The notes below the pieces were generated by a model. The model made no database searches and was not told the DNA's origin. It was given only the letters and a program-made list of their open reading frames with translations. Shown piece by piece: positions 18,110 to 26,939 of a stretch of DNA of 40,714 nucleotides. Source of the stretch: Gemmatimonadota bacterium (lineage in GTDB: Bacteria; Gemmatimonadota; Gemmatimonadetes; Gemmatimonadales; GWC2-71-9); contig JAZDCZ010000294.1 in the NCBI GenBank assembly GCA_036679605.1, positions 1 to 40,714 of the forward strand. Reading direction: 5' to 3'. The translations under genes were made by a program, and so were the position numbers. The stretch's first letter is position 1. The number at the start of each line of letters is the position of its first letter.

Positions 18110-18173
18110 TGGGGAGTGGGGTCTTTTCACCTTTCACGTCTCACGTTTCACTGTAGCTCATTCACCTATCACC
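18110..18173 (+). repeat. GGGGAGT arm then (TTTCAC.)n arm
   Basis: Visible repeats between the divergent Fic and MNT genes. Confidence 0.8.
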
Positions 18174-18188
18174 ATTAGGTTACATCCC

Positions 18189-18650
18189 ATGGAAAATCTC
18201 CCAACTCTCGAGCGTCTACGCGAAGTAGCAGAGCAGGTCGGTCGGGAGATTAAGTGCCGGTTGATCGTGCTGTTCGGCTCTGTCGGGAGGGGAGATAGCC
18301 GGTGCGAGGATGTGGACCTGGCGGTCTTGCCGGCCAGGGGTGTCACGCTCGACACGATCGACTTCACCAATCGGCTGATTCAGGCTTTGAGAATTCAGCA
18401 AATAGATGTGAGCGATCTAAGCCGTGCCGATCCTCTGCTGCTCATGCTGGTGGCCAAGGAGGGTATCCCACTGTATGAGGGAGCCCAGAGCGAGTTCGCC
18501 TGTTTCGTGTCACTGGCGTCACGCCGGTATTGGGACACGCGCAAGTTCCGCGAAATGGAGCGGCAAGATCTTGAGCGTTTTGCGGCAGGGGAGGGCAACG
18601 GAAAGGGAAAAGGGAAAAGGGAAAAGGGAAACGTCGAGAGGGAAAAGTGA
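18189..18650 (+). CDS. mntA: MntA-like nucleotidyltransferase antitoxin; C-terminus encoded by GGGAAAA repeats
   Basis: LFGSVGRGD...DVDLAV, IDVSDL..ADPLL...V..EG.PLY; overlaps the HEPN start. Confidence 0.85.
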   Translation: MENLPTLERLREVAEQVGREIKCRLIVLFGSVGRGDSRCEDVDLAVLPARGVTLDTIDFTNRLIQALRIQQIDVSDLSRADPLLLMLVAKEGIPLYEGAQSEFACFVSLASRRYWDTRKFREMERQDLERFAAGEGNGKGKGKREKGNVEREK

Positions 18651-19078
18651 CCGAGTTCGACGCGGCTTTGGCTCGGCGGAAGCTCGCCACCATTCGGCGC
18701 AACCTGGATGATCTCGCGGTTGTCCGAGATTTGACCGTTGCCGAATATAGAGCCGACAGGTTCCGCCAGAAGGGGACCGAGCGCCTGTTACAGGAGACCG
18801 TTGAGGCAGCAGTGGATGTGAACATGCACGTGCTGCGCGCGCTGGGCGAGTCCCCCACGGACTACTTCACCAGTTTCGTTCAGCTGGGCCGGCAGGGCGT
18901 TATTGGCGAGGACCTGGCCGATCTCCTTGCGCCCGCGGCGGGATTGCGAAATCGTCTCGTCCACGAGTACGAGGATCTCGATGACGCGATCGTACTCGAG
19001 GCTGTGGGCGATGCCATCGATCAGTTTTCCTGGTATGTGGAACAGGTGGAGCGGTATTTGGAGGCAGATGGGGTTTGA
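18647..19078 (+). CDS. hepT: HepT-like HEPN (DUF86) RNase toxin
   Basis: ERLLQ..VEAAVD, RX4H motif RNRLVHEY. Confidence 0.9.
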   Translation: MTEFDAALARRKLATIRRNLDDLAVVRDLTVAEYRADRFRQKGTERLLQETVEAAVDVNMHVLRALGESPTDYFTSFVQLGRQGVIGEDLADLLAPAAGLRNRLVHEYEDLDDAIVLEAVGDAIDQFSWYVEQVERYLEADGV

Positions 19079-19273
19079 GGGAAACGGGAAGTAGAATATC
19101 GAATATTGAACAGGGATTTCTGAATGTCGAAGTGAAGCGGGGGCTGGTACGAGGCGGGAAACGGGAAACGGGCGAGTAGCCAGTACTTCGACATTCGATA
19201 GACCCTGTTGGATATTGGATATTCCCCACTCCCCACTCGCTAATCCTTTCACTTTTCACCTTTCACATTTCAC
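19078..19273. repeat. Junction with 40-nt imperfect inverted repeat (19094-19133 / 19185-19224), GGGAAAC repeats, CCCCACT and TTTCAC arms
   Basis: 32/40 complementary positions by manual alignment. Confidence 0.85.
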
Positions 19274-19365
19274 CATTAGGTTACATCCCATGGACAGTCC
19301 GGAAGGTTCGATTTCACAAGGCCGGAGAATGGGCGAATGCGTCGGCCGACCGGTGGAGATAGCGA

Positions 19366-19740
19366 GTGCCGGATAAGACGGGCTTCTCACTCGACCGGCA
19401 GCGTGTGGAGTACGTAGAGGCGCTGGGCCGGGCGGTGGAAACCGCAACCGCCGAGTTGGGTGCTATGCCGGAAGTGGAATTGGTTGTGCTGTTCGGCTCG
19501 TATGCCGCGGGACGACGCGATCTGTTCACCGATCTGGACTTGCTTGTGGTGATGGAGAGTCAGGAGGACTTTATCCATCGTGGCGCGAACATAAGGAGCC
19601 GGCTTCGGTTGGGGGTTGATTGCGATCTCTTGGTCTACACGCCGGAGGAGTTCGCCCGAATGCGCGATCACGGCTTCGTCAAGCGCGCGCTCGAAACAGG
19701 GAGAGTACTGTATGCGAAAGAGCCCGCGAGAAGAGGCTGA
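19366..19740 (+). CDS. Nucleotidyltransferase (MNT) domain protein
   Basis: [10 protein letters not shown]....[24 protein letters not shown]. Confidence 0.88.
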   Translation: MPDKTGFSLDRQRVEYVEALGRAVETATAELGAMPEVELVVLFGSYAAGRRDLFTDLDLLVVMESQEDFIHRGANIRSRLRLGVDCDLLVYTPEEFARMRDHGFVKRALETGRVLYAKEPARRG

Positions 19741-20131
19741 GCGGTGGCTCGCCCAGGCGGCTGTGGATCTCCGCTGGGTCGATCACCTCGTAAAGGAAGG
19801 GGGCTGGCACATAGCCTGTTTCCTTGCCCAGCAGGTGACCGAGAAGGCGATAAAGGCGTTCCTGTATAGCCAGGGAGAGGAGATCGTGCTCGGCCACTCG
19901 GTGGAGCGTTTATGTTCGGCCGCAGAGCGGTTCGATCCGAGGTTTGCCGAGCGAGCCAAGCGTTGGGCCCTGTTGGACAGCTACTATGTGGCGACACGGT
20001 ACCCCAATGGTCTGCCCGACGGCATTCCGGCCGACGTGTACACCCGAGACGCAGCAGAAGGCGCGCTTGCTCTGGCGCGTGAAGCGGTGGAATGGGTGCG
20101 TGAGTTGTTGGACGCGGGTGAGGGGATTTAG
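19712..20131 (+). CDS. HEPN domain protein (PF05168-type)
   Basis: [32 protein letters not shown]; overlaps the MNT gene. Confidence 0.88.
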   Translation: MRKSPREEAERWLAQAAVDLRWVDHLVKEGGWHIACFLAQQVTEKAIKAFLYSQGEEIVLGHSVERLCSAAERFDPRFAERAKRWALLDSYYVATRYPNGLPDGIPADVYTRDAAEGALALAREAVEWVRELLDAGEGI

Positions 20132-20330
20132 GGCGGGAAAAGGAAACATCGAACATCGACCTTATTCGAGCGTTGGAAAACGCTCGCTGAGCCCGATCCG
20201 AGATTGTGCTTTGAGGTGGTCCCGCCCGTCATTCGAGAGTTAAAACGCTCGCCATGCTGCGCTCCGCGCTGGACGACCCTGAAGGGAGGCTGCCGGTCCA
20301 CTACGACACTCCCCACTCCCCACTCTCCCT
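20131..20330. repeat. Junction: GGGAAAA/AACATCG arm, two family-D hairpins, family-C GTAG hairpin (20259-20304, reverse), (ACTCCCC)n arm
   Basis: Visible repeats and hairpins. Confidence 0.75.
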
Positions 20331-20400
20331 ATCCGAACCCGTTGTCTTAGTTATACCGAATACGTATTCTTATTCTGTACTCCCACTGCAGGAGAGGCCG

Positions 20401-20616
20401 ATGAAAGTGACGGAACGGGGTCAGGTGACGATCCCCAAGGAGCTGAGGGAGCGGTTCGGGTTTCTGGCTGACACGGAGGTGGAGTTTGAGGTCAAGGATG
20501 GTGCGCTCCGATTGGTGCGAAGCCAAAGGCAACGTGCGGCAGCCGTGGAGAGTTTGTACGGCCGCAAGCAGTTCGGGCGGTCGACCGAGGAACTCATGAG
20601 GTTGCTGCGGGAATGA
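20401..20616 (+). CDS. AbrB/MazE/SpoVT family antitoxin
   Basis: MKVTERGQVTIPKELRERFG....EVEF; RBS AGGAGAGG. Confidence 0.92.
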   Translation: MKVTERGQVTIPKELRERFGFLADTEVEFEVKDGALRLVRSQRQRAAAVESLYGRKQFGRSTEELMRLLRE

Positions 20617-21023
20617 AGCAGTGGCTCGTGGATACCAACGTCCTACTGGACGTGATCGGGGCCGACCCTCGGTTTGGCCCGGCGTCCAGGAAACAGCTGG
20701 CCCAGTGTGCGCGGGACGGGGTGATGGTGATCAACCCGATCGTCTACGCCGAAGTTGGCGCGTTTGTATCGTCCAGGGAGGAACTGGACGAACTCGTTCC
20801 GGCGGCGCTGTTCCGGCGGGACCCGATACCGTGGGACGCCGCGTTCCTCGCGGGCAAGGCGTTGGAGCGGTACCGGCGGCGCGGGGGGAGCAGGCGTCGA
20901 GTGCTGGCTGATTTCCTGATCGGCGCGCATGCTGCAGCGGCGGGCTTCGGGTTGATTAGTCGCGATCGCGGGTATGCGCGCTATTTCAACGTTGAGGTGG
21001 TTGAGCCCGGGAAAATAAAGTGA
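20613..21023 (+). CDS. vapC: VapC PIN-domain toxin
   Basis: LVDTNVLLDV, INPIVYAE, ADFLIGAHA, LISRD; ATGA overlap. Confidence 0.92.
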   Translation: MKQWLVDTNVLLDVIGADPRFGPASRKQLAQCARDGVMVINPIVYAEVGAFVSSREELDELVPAALFRRDPIPWDAAFLAGKALERYRRRGGSRRRVLADFLIGAHAAAAGFGLISRDRGYARYFNVEVVEPGKIK

Positions 21024-21220
21024 AATGTGAAAGGCGGCGGACGAGGCGGTAGAACTGGGCGGTAGGAACAGAGGCGGGAAGCGGGAATATCGAACATCGA
21101 ACAAGGAACGTCGAACATCGAAGGTACTCCCCACTCCCACCAAACCAGACTGTAGCACCCACGCCACACAGCGACGTCGATGTGTTCACCACTCCCTACT
21201 CCCAACTCCCCACTCCCCAT
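21020..21220 (+). repeat. Composite junction GTGAAAT, GGCGGTA, GGGAAGC, GAAYATC, then TACTCCC arms
   Basis: Visible; supplies the vapC TGA. Confidence 0.9.
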
Positions 21221-21705
21221 TCTAATCCCCATCTCAGAAAAATTTACCGGTATCTTCACGCACATGACGCATTATTGACGCCTAATGTGCAGAGTGTAGA
21301 GGCGTTGAGTGGTGTTAGGGTAACTGCCCGGAGGTGTGTAGGGGAATTACCACTGGCGCGGGGCGTTACCAAGTGACACTTTTTCCGGGAGTTGCTCTCA
21401 GCGTTCGGAGTTTGGGTGTGACATTTTGCGGTGCGCGAGCGCTAACTTTTCAACATGAGTGTCGTCTTTTGTTTGTTTGGAGGGTTTTGGGGCGGCAAAA
21501 GCGTGTAAGGTATTGACGGGAGGGGAGTTCCGGTTCAATATACTCCGTTCCGGAACGCCGTGTTTCGACCTCGCCGGGTCGCCGTTGAGTTCTCAATGAA
21601 GTTCCAATGGATAGGGTCTAAGTGCATCGCATTTTGAGAAACAGGGTCTTTCTAGCCGTTCCGCACGATAGTTGTAGCGCCTGTGGTTCGAGAGTTTACC
21701 CTTAA

Positions 21706-23247
21706 GTGACTACAACAGCTCGACCCACTCCGAGTGGAGAGATCCGCACCGTCCCTGATACGCGGCCAAAGACCCCGTCGCGGATGCTTTTGCAGCGGCG
21801 CGCGCCTGGGAGGTTTCGACGCCACTTCTTGCGTGCCATCACCCGGGTCGTTGTGTTATCGGGTGCGGATATCGGCGCGTTCCTGGCGGTGCGCTCGACT
21901 ATCCGGCTTGTGCGAGACGGCGGAATCTTGGGTGATGGCGTCGCCAGCGTCGCTAGACAAGTTCTTCCCCTGGGCTACTTGGGAGGCTTGGAGTTCGCGG
22001 CAGCATTATGGTTGGGCCTGCTGGTGGCCGGTACCTACGGACGCGGTGATTGCAGAAAGGATGTGGGGTGCCTCTTTCTAGGTGTGTCGATGGCAGGGGC
22101 CTTGGTGTTGTGGCAAAGCATTTGGGATGTTGGCCTACTTACGGTGGCTCTCCAGTTTGCATTAACTACGGTAGGTCTTTGGGCGACGATCGCACTCGAG
22201 CGGCTGATCATAGACTGGAGTGTAGTCCGATTCCTCCCGCGGCGGCATGGAGCGGAGCGGGTGCTGTTTGTGGGTGACGAACACGACCCTACGGGCGCCA
22301 GGGTGTATAGCAGATTAACCGGTAACGGGAGTATGATGCCATTGGGATGGGTGTACGGTTCGAACGGCGGACCCGAGGCCAAGGTCGGCGGGAACGGTGA
22401 TGGTCGATTGGGCGTGGTGGCTGACATCTGGAACATCCTGCATGAGACGGAAGCCGACACTGTGGTGTTGTGCGGCGAGCTGCCGAACGACTCCTTTCAG
22501 CGTGTGGTTGAAGCAGCAACTGTAGCGGGCTGCCAGGTGCTTTCGGTGTCACGTTTCGATGGGGTAGCACGCCAGCGGGCTGGGTTGGTTTGGCATCGCG
22601 GGATTCCGTTCGTCGAACTCACTGTGCCGGCTCTCAAGGCTCGACAACTGCTCATCAAACGCGTGATCGATGTCATCGGATCAGTGCTTGGGCTCGTGGT
22701 GTTGTCACCGTTGTTTGCGGCCATAGCGATGGTTGTCAAGATGGGTTCCAGGGGGCCCGTGTTCTTCTCCCATGAGCGAGTCGGTTACGGCGGGCGTATT
22801 TTCCGGCTGCTCAAGTTCCGGACGATGAGGGATGGTGCTGACGATGAGAAGGAATCAGTCGCACACCTAAACCACACGGGTGACCCTCGGCTCTTCAAGA
22901 TTCCGGATGATCCGCGGGTGACTCCCGTGGGTGCGTGGCTGCGCAGATGGAGCCTGGATGAGTTACCACAGTTATGGAATGTGCTCGTGGGCACGATGTC
23001 GTTGGTTGGGCCGCGGCCATTCTTTGAGGCAGATCTAGCGGATTATTCTGATCGGCATTTCACCAGGCTGGGTGCGAAGCCGGGCATCACGGGGCTTTGG
23101 CAAGTGGAGGGGCGCAGTGCGGTTGTCGATTTTGAGGAAGTTGTGAGATTGGATCGGGAGTATATTGATCGGTGGTCGTTGTGGTTGGATTTGCGAATCC
23201 TAGTGCAGACGCTCCCCGCCGTCATGAAGCGCACAGGAGCATATTGA
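21706..23247 (+). CDS. Priming polyprenyl-phosphate sugar transferase (WcaJ/WbaP family)
   Basis: N-terminal TMs; KRVIDV, GPVFF..ERVG..G..F...KFRTM, DPRVT.VG..LRR.SLDELPQLWNVL.G.MSLVGPRP, KPGITGLWQV.GR. Confidence 0.95.
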   Translation: MTTTARPTPSGEIRTVPDTRPKTPSRMLLQRRAPGRFRRHFLRAITRVVVLSGADIGAFLAVRSTIRLVRDGGILGDGVASVARQVLPLGYLGGLEFAAALWLGLLVAGTYGRGDCRKDVGCLFLGVSMAGALVLWQSIWDVGLLTVALQFALTTVGLWATIALERLIIDWSVVRFLPRRHGAERVLFVGDEHDPTGARVYSRLTGNGSMMPLGWVYGSNGGPEAKVGGNGDGRLGVVADIWNILHETEADTVVLCGELPNDSFQRVVEAATVAGCQVLSVSRFDGVARQRAGLVWHRGIPFVELTVPALKARQLLIKRVIDVIGSVLGLVVLSPLFAAIAMVVKMGSRGPVFFSHERVGYGGRIFRLLKFRTMRDGADDEKESVAHLNHTGDPRLFKIPDDPRVTPVGAWLRRWSLDELPQLWNVLVGTMSLVGPRPFFEADLADYSDRHFTRLGAKPGITGLWQVEGRSAVVDFEEVVRLDREYIDRWSLWLDLRILVQTLPAVMKRTGAY

Positions 23248-23327
23248 TCGGTGTTGGGAGTGGACCACGACATCTCACTGGGTTGTTCACCACGCTCTGG
23301 TTTGCGTGCATTCAGGAGGCTCGGGTT

Positions 23328-24299
23328 GTGAAGCTGGCGCCTATCAGCGTCCTAATGGCAACTCATCGAGACGAATCGGCGACTAACCTCGCCACGTCCT
23401 TACAAAGCTTGCTTGACCAGACGCTCCTTCCGCAGCAGGTAGTGCTCGTTCTTGATGGTCCCGTAGACGATGACCAAGAACGGGTAATCAAGGCATACTC
23501 GCGGAACGACCGTGGGGTGGAGTTCACCAGTCTCCGTTTACCCGACAGACAGAGCCTGGCGACCGCTCTCAATGCCGGCCTTAGGGAGTGCCGACACGAG
23601 ATAGTTGCTCGGATGGACAGCGACGATATCTCCGCACCCCACCGTCTGGAAACTCAATGGCGAGTGCTATCCGAGCATGGACTTGTCGATGTGCTCGGCT
23701 CCTGGCACGCCGAGTTCCGGGAAGATCCACGGTGCGTCGATCGGATCAAGACCGCGCCGGAGCTGCACGATCAAATTGTGCGAGCGTTGAAGTGGAGATC
23801 CGTGGTTTCGCATCCCACCATCATGTTTCGTAGAAGTGTCGTCCTGGCAGCGGGAGGGTACGATCCGCTCGCCGGCAAGTTAGAGGATTACGACCTTTTC
23901 ATGCGCTTGGTGGCTAGTGGAGCCCGGTTTCACGTCGTTCAGGAATCTCTGCTGTGGGTCCGCGTGACGCGGCACCAACGCATGCGACGGGGAGGGGTGA
24001 GACATATCCGCAGCGACTTGCGGGTGCGATACAGGTGTTATCGACGGGGAACTCTGACGGGGACCGAGTTTCTGCTCACCTTCGCGCTATTTACAGCCTT
24101 CCGCCTGGCTCCATGGTCCATCAAATCCTTGTTGTATAGGCTCGTTAGGAAACGCCCCCGCGGTTTAGCTGAGGCGACGGTCGACGCGTCAGAGCTGGTG
24201 GATGCCGGAAGCGCGCTCGCGACGGAGTTGGCACCCCCGGAACACCGCACGGAGCAAACCGATCACTATTCGTCCCGCTCTCGGCTGGCCGGGTTGTAA
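23328..24299 (+). CDS. GT2 glycosyltransferase (AmsE-like)
   Basis: ISVLM, VVLVLDGP, ALNAGL..C..EIVARMDSDDIS, HPTIMFRR, EDYDL; RBS AGGAGG before GTG 23328. Confidence 0.88.
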   Translation: MKLAPISVLMATHRDESATNLATSLQSLLDQTLLPQQVVLVLDGPVDDDQERVIKAYSRNDRGVEFTSLRLPDRQSLATALNAGLRECRHEIVARMDSDDISAPHRLETQWRVLSEHGLVDVLGSWHAEFREDPRCVDRIKTAPELHDQIVRALKWRSVVSHPTIMFRRSVVLAAGGYDPLAGKLEDYDLFMRLVASGARFHVVQESLLWVRVTRHQRMRRGGVRHIRSDLRVRYRCYRRGTLTGTEFLLTFALFTAFRLAPWSIKSLLYRLVRKRPRGLAEATVDASELVDAGSALATELAPPEHRTEQTDHYSSRSRLAGL

Positions 24300-24346
24300 G
24301 GGGAGGCTGCAGCCCACCGGCGCGCTTCACTCCCCAAGTGTCGGAT

Positions 24347-25123
24347 CTAGAGGGGTCGAACGAACTCGAACAGACCGCAGCCGTACTCCAAGTCTGGCAG
24401 TGTTGCGACCTCAACACCTTCATGCAAATCGCCCGCATCATCCACGTACGAGAATGACACGAGCTCCAATTGGTCGATGGTGTCGATTACCGTCGTAGCT
24501 GCAAAGACGCGGTGAGCGTCGAAGAATACACGTTGTGTACCGACTGGCGTGCTGAGATACAAGTGTCCGCCTTCCTTGACAACGCGTTGTAGCTCCCGAA
24601 GTCCTTTCTTCCACCCGTCCGGATCGACCTCGTCACCGTATCGTCCGAGGCCTATGTGTTCAATGGCGTGGAGGCAGGACAGCGATTCGATTGATCTGTC
24701 TGGAAACCCGAGTCGCGTGATGTCACCCTGTTTGAACATCAAGCCTCGGACACTACTTCTCAACGGTCTGAGATCCACCACGGTAGCGCTGCGGAAGGTC
24801 AGCAAGTGCGCGACGAAACCGTCGATCCTGGATCCGACGTCGACGTGCTCAATTGGGTTGTTGCGGAAGATTTTCCTCGCAGCCCACAGATCCTGAAGGA
24901 AGTAGTGCCCCTTCGCGACGCCAGCGTCGGCATATCGGTCGACGTAACGAGGAAACAGGTAACGCAGCTTCAGCGGGAAATGGGCGTCGACATTACGCCG
25001 TGCGTATAAATAACCGTTGGCGACAAAGGTCGGAAAGCCACGGATCCTGTAAGAGAGCGGACGGGGATCAAACCCAATGAACTGAACGAGTCGCAGCCCA
25101 GCGGATCTTAAGGAGATGGCCAT
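24347..25123 (-). CDS. DUF268-like / class I SAM-dependent methyltransferase-fold protein
   Basis: HYF.QDLWAAR, HVDVGSRIDGFVAH, SLSCLHAIEHIGLGRYGD. Confidence 0.75.
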   Translation of the reverse strand: MAISLRSAGLRLVQFIGFDPRPLSYRIRGFPTFVANGYLYARRNVDAHFPLKLRYLFPRYVDRYADAGVAKGHYFLQDLWAARKIFRNNPIEHVDVGSRIDGFVAHLLTFRSATVVDLRPLRSSVRGLMFKQGDITRLGFPDRSIESLSCLHAIEHIGLGRYGDEVDPDGWKKGLRELQRVVKEGGHLYLSTPVGTQRVFFDAHRVFAATTVIDTIDQLELVSFSYVDDAGDLHEGVEVATLPDLEYGCGLFEFVRPL

Positions 25124-25226
25124 AATCGTAACGACGTCGCGTGAGGTTTAGAGAGCTTCAGAACAGCATCTTAGGCAAGGGCGCTGCCCAACCGCCAGGG
25201 TGCGCGGCTATCGTACAACGGTTTCG

Positions 25227-25889
25227 CTAACGGCTGGTTTGGCGTCGCGGACATATGCGTATTATATCGTCTTGCACGTCAAAGGTGTGATTCGGAAACT
25301 TGTCCGCCACTGCCTCGATCATCCGATCAATCGAAGGATAATCTGGCGCGCTTCCAAACAGTCGTGCGTCATCTATCAGGATGATGTGGCTTCTGGTGTC
25401 GGGCTCTGCAATCTGCTGGAGCTCGCGCATTATCGGTGTGTCGCTCGCACCCCTAGCCGTGCTGCCACCCGAGAAGTGCGCGTCGAGCCAGAACAAGCAG
25501 GGTGACCGGACCTCAGCCAGGATGCAGGCCAGAGCATGGCAACTGTCGCCCTCCATGATGGTGATATGCCGGTACTTCGCGAAGCGTCGCGTCGCCCGAG
25601 CGTACAGCTGAGCGTCGAGCTCTATGGAGAAGATTCTGTCGAAGGTTCGCCGAGTCGCGCTGACCATGTCTCCCTGATACGTTCCTGTTTCTACGAAGGT
25701 CGATAGGTTGTAACCCGAGGCGTAACGTTGCACAACGCGTTGTTTGAGCAAATGCGGTGGAGGAGGTGTCCTGCCGTGCCGTATCCACCGTCTGAGCTGG
25801 ATCCTCTGAGATACCGATCGGTATGAACCGAATAGGATCGAATTCCTCAGCACCTGCCTCAGGGTCTGCTCTCTGTGGATTCCAGACAC
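25227..25889 (-). CDS. Putative methyltransferase-fold protein
   Basis: FVETGTY.GD, SIELD, GDS, FWLDAH, ILIDDARLF. Confidence 0.65.
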   Translation of the reverse strand: MSGIHREQTLRQVLRNSILFGSYRSVSQRIQLRRWIRHGRTPPPPHLLKQRVVQRYASGYNLSTFVETGTYQGDMVSATRRTFDRIFSIELDAQLYARATRRFAKYRHITIMEGDSCHALACILAEVRSPCLFWLDAHFSGGSTARGASDTPIMRELQQIAEPDTRSHIILIDDARLFGSAPDYPSIDRMIEAVADKFPNHTFDVQDDIIRICPRRQTSR

Positions 25890-25892
25890 GGG

Positions 25893-26858
25893 TTAGCGCC
25901 TTTCCAAGGAATGGAGGATGTAAGTAACGGCCCAGAAGGGTGCGGCGACAAGAGTGACGATACCCGCGGGATTGCTCCTGACCGCCAGACCGAAATAGCG
26001 ATGAGCCACGTGGTAATCCTTGCTGGCGAGTCGCCGCCGGCCAAAGTACGCGTAGAAATATGCCTGTGCTAATCGCTTGGTTCGCGGTCTCACTTTGTCG
26101 TTCGTTAAGACTCGTTTCCTCAGGACCGCCATCCACGTATCTTCCAAGATACCGGGCTCGGCGGATAACGAAGTGGGACTTCGGCGATGCCGCGTCAAGA
26201 TATCTGGGAGATACCCAAACCGATGCCCAGCCTCGGCAATTCTGATCCACAGGTCCTGGTCTTCGCAGGCCCGCAATGTTTCGTCGAATCCGCCATGCTC
26301 AAGGAACACTCGGCGCTCAACGAGGACGGTTGACGTCCCGACGACATTTCGTATGTACAGAAGAGGCAGCAGCCGCCCGCGACGCAGAGTAAGCCAATCG
26401 AGACGACGTAGGCGAACACGTCGAGCGTTTCCCCGGTGATTAACGATCTGGTAATCCGTATGGCTGACAATGCAACCGGGGTGTTGCTCGTGATAACGGA
26501 TTTGTGCTTCGAGCTTCCTTGGCAACCACACGTCGTCGGAGTCCAGAAACACCAGATGGTGCCCGCTCGCCACAGTTGCTCCGAGATTGCGGGCTGCACT
26601 AGCGCCGCCGCGGGTGCTGGTGTGTTCCAACCGAATTCGCGCGTCGCGCATTAGACTCTGCACGATGGGACGAGTGCCGTCTTCGGATGAATCGTCAACG
26701 ATAATCAGCTCCCAATTGCGGAACGTCTGGGCCTGGACACTCGCGACTGACTCAGCGATGGTTCTTTCAGCATTGTAAGCCGGCGTGATGACCGAGACGA
26801 TTGGCTGTCCCGTGGTACCCGGCGCGTCTGATTCGCGCTCCTGCGCCTGGCGCGTCAC
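25893..26858 (-). CDS. GT2 glycosyltransferase
   Basis: VSVITPAYNAE, ELIIVDD.S.D.T, ARNLG, FLDSDD.W.P.KL, FDE....EDQDLW.R. Confidence 0.92.
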   Translation of the reverse strand: MTRQAQERESDAPGTTGQPIVSVITPAYNAERTIAESVASVQAQTFRNWELIIVDDSSEDGTRPIVQSLMRDARIRLEHTSTRGGASAARNLGATVASGHHLVFLDSDDVWLPRKLEAQIRYHEQHPGCIVSHTDYQIVNHRGNARRVRLRRLDWLTLRRGRLLPLLYIRNVVGTSTVLVERRVFLEHGGFDETLRACEDQDLWIRIAEAGHRFGYLPDILTRHRRSPTSLSAEPGILEDTWMAVLRKRVLTNDKVRPRTKRLAQAYFYAYFGRRRLASKDYHVAHRYFGLAVRSNPAGIVTLVAAPFWAVTYILHSLERR

Positions 26859-26939
26859 GCTGTCGAACAGTTCCTAGTAAGACCCGTTTCGGAGGCTGCT
26901 GGCTCCTCGTGTTCTTGCATCCCGGGGCCAGCTGCGAGG

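Noticed and set aside
10580..21023. Classical integron cassette array
   Set aside because: No IntI tyrosine recombinase, no RYYYAAC...GTTRRRY attC boxes recognised, and genes lie in both orientations.
21275..21545. Specific promoter or CRP/sigma54 sites upstream of the sugar transferase
   Set aside because: TTGACG and GTGACA.TTT motifs are present, but spacing to a -10 or second half-site is not convincing.
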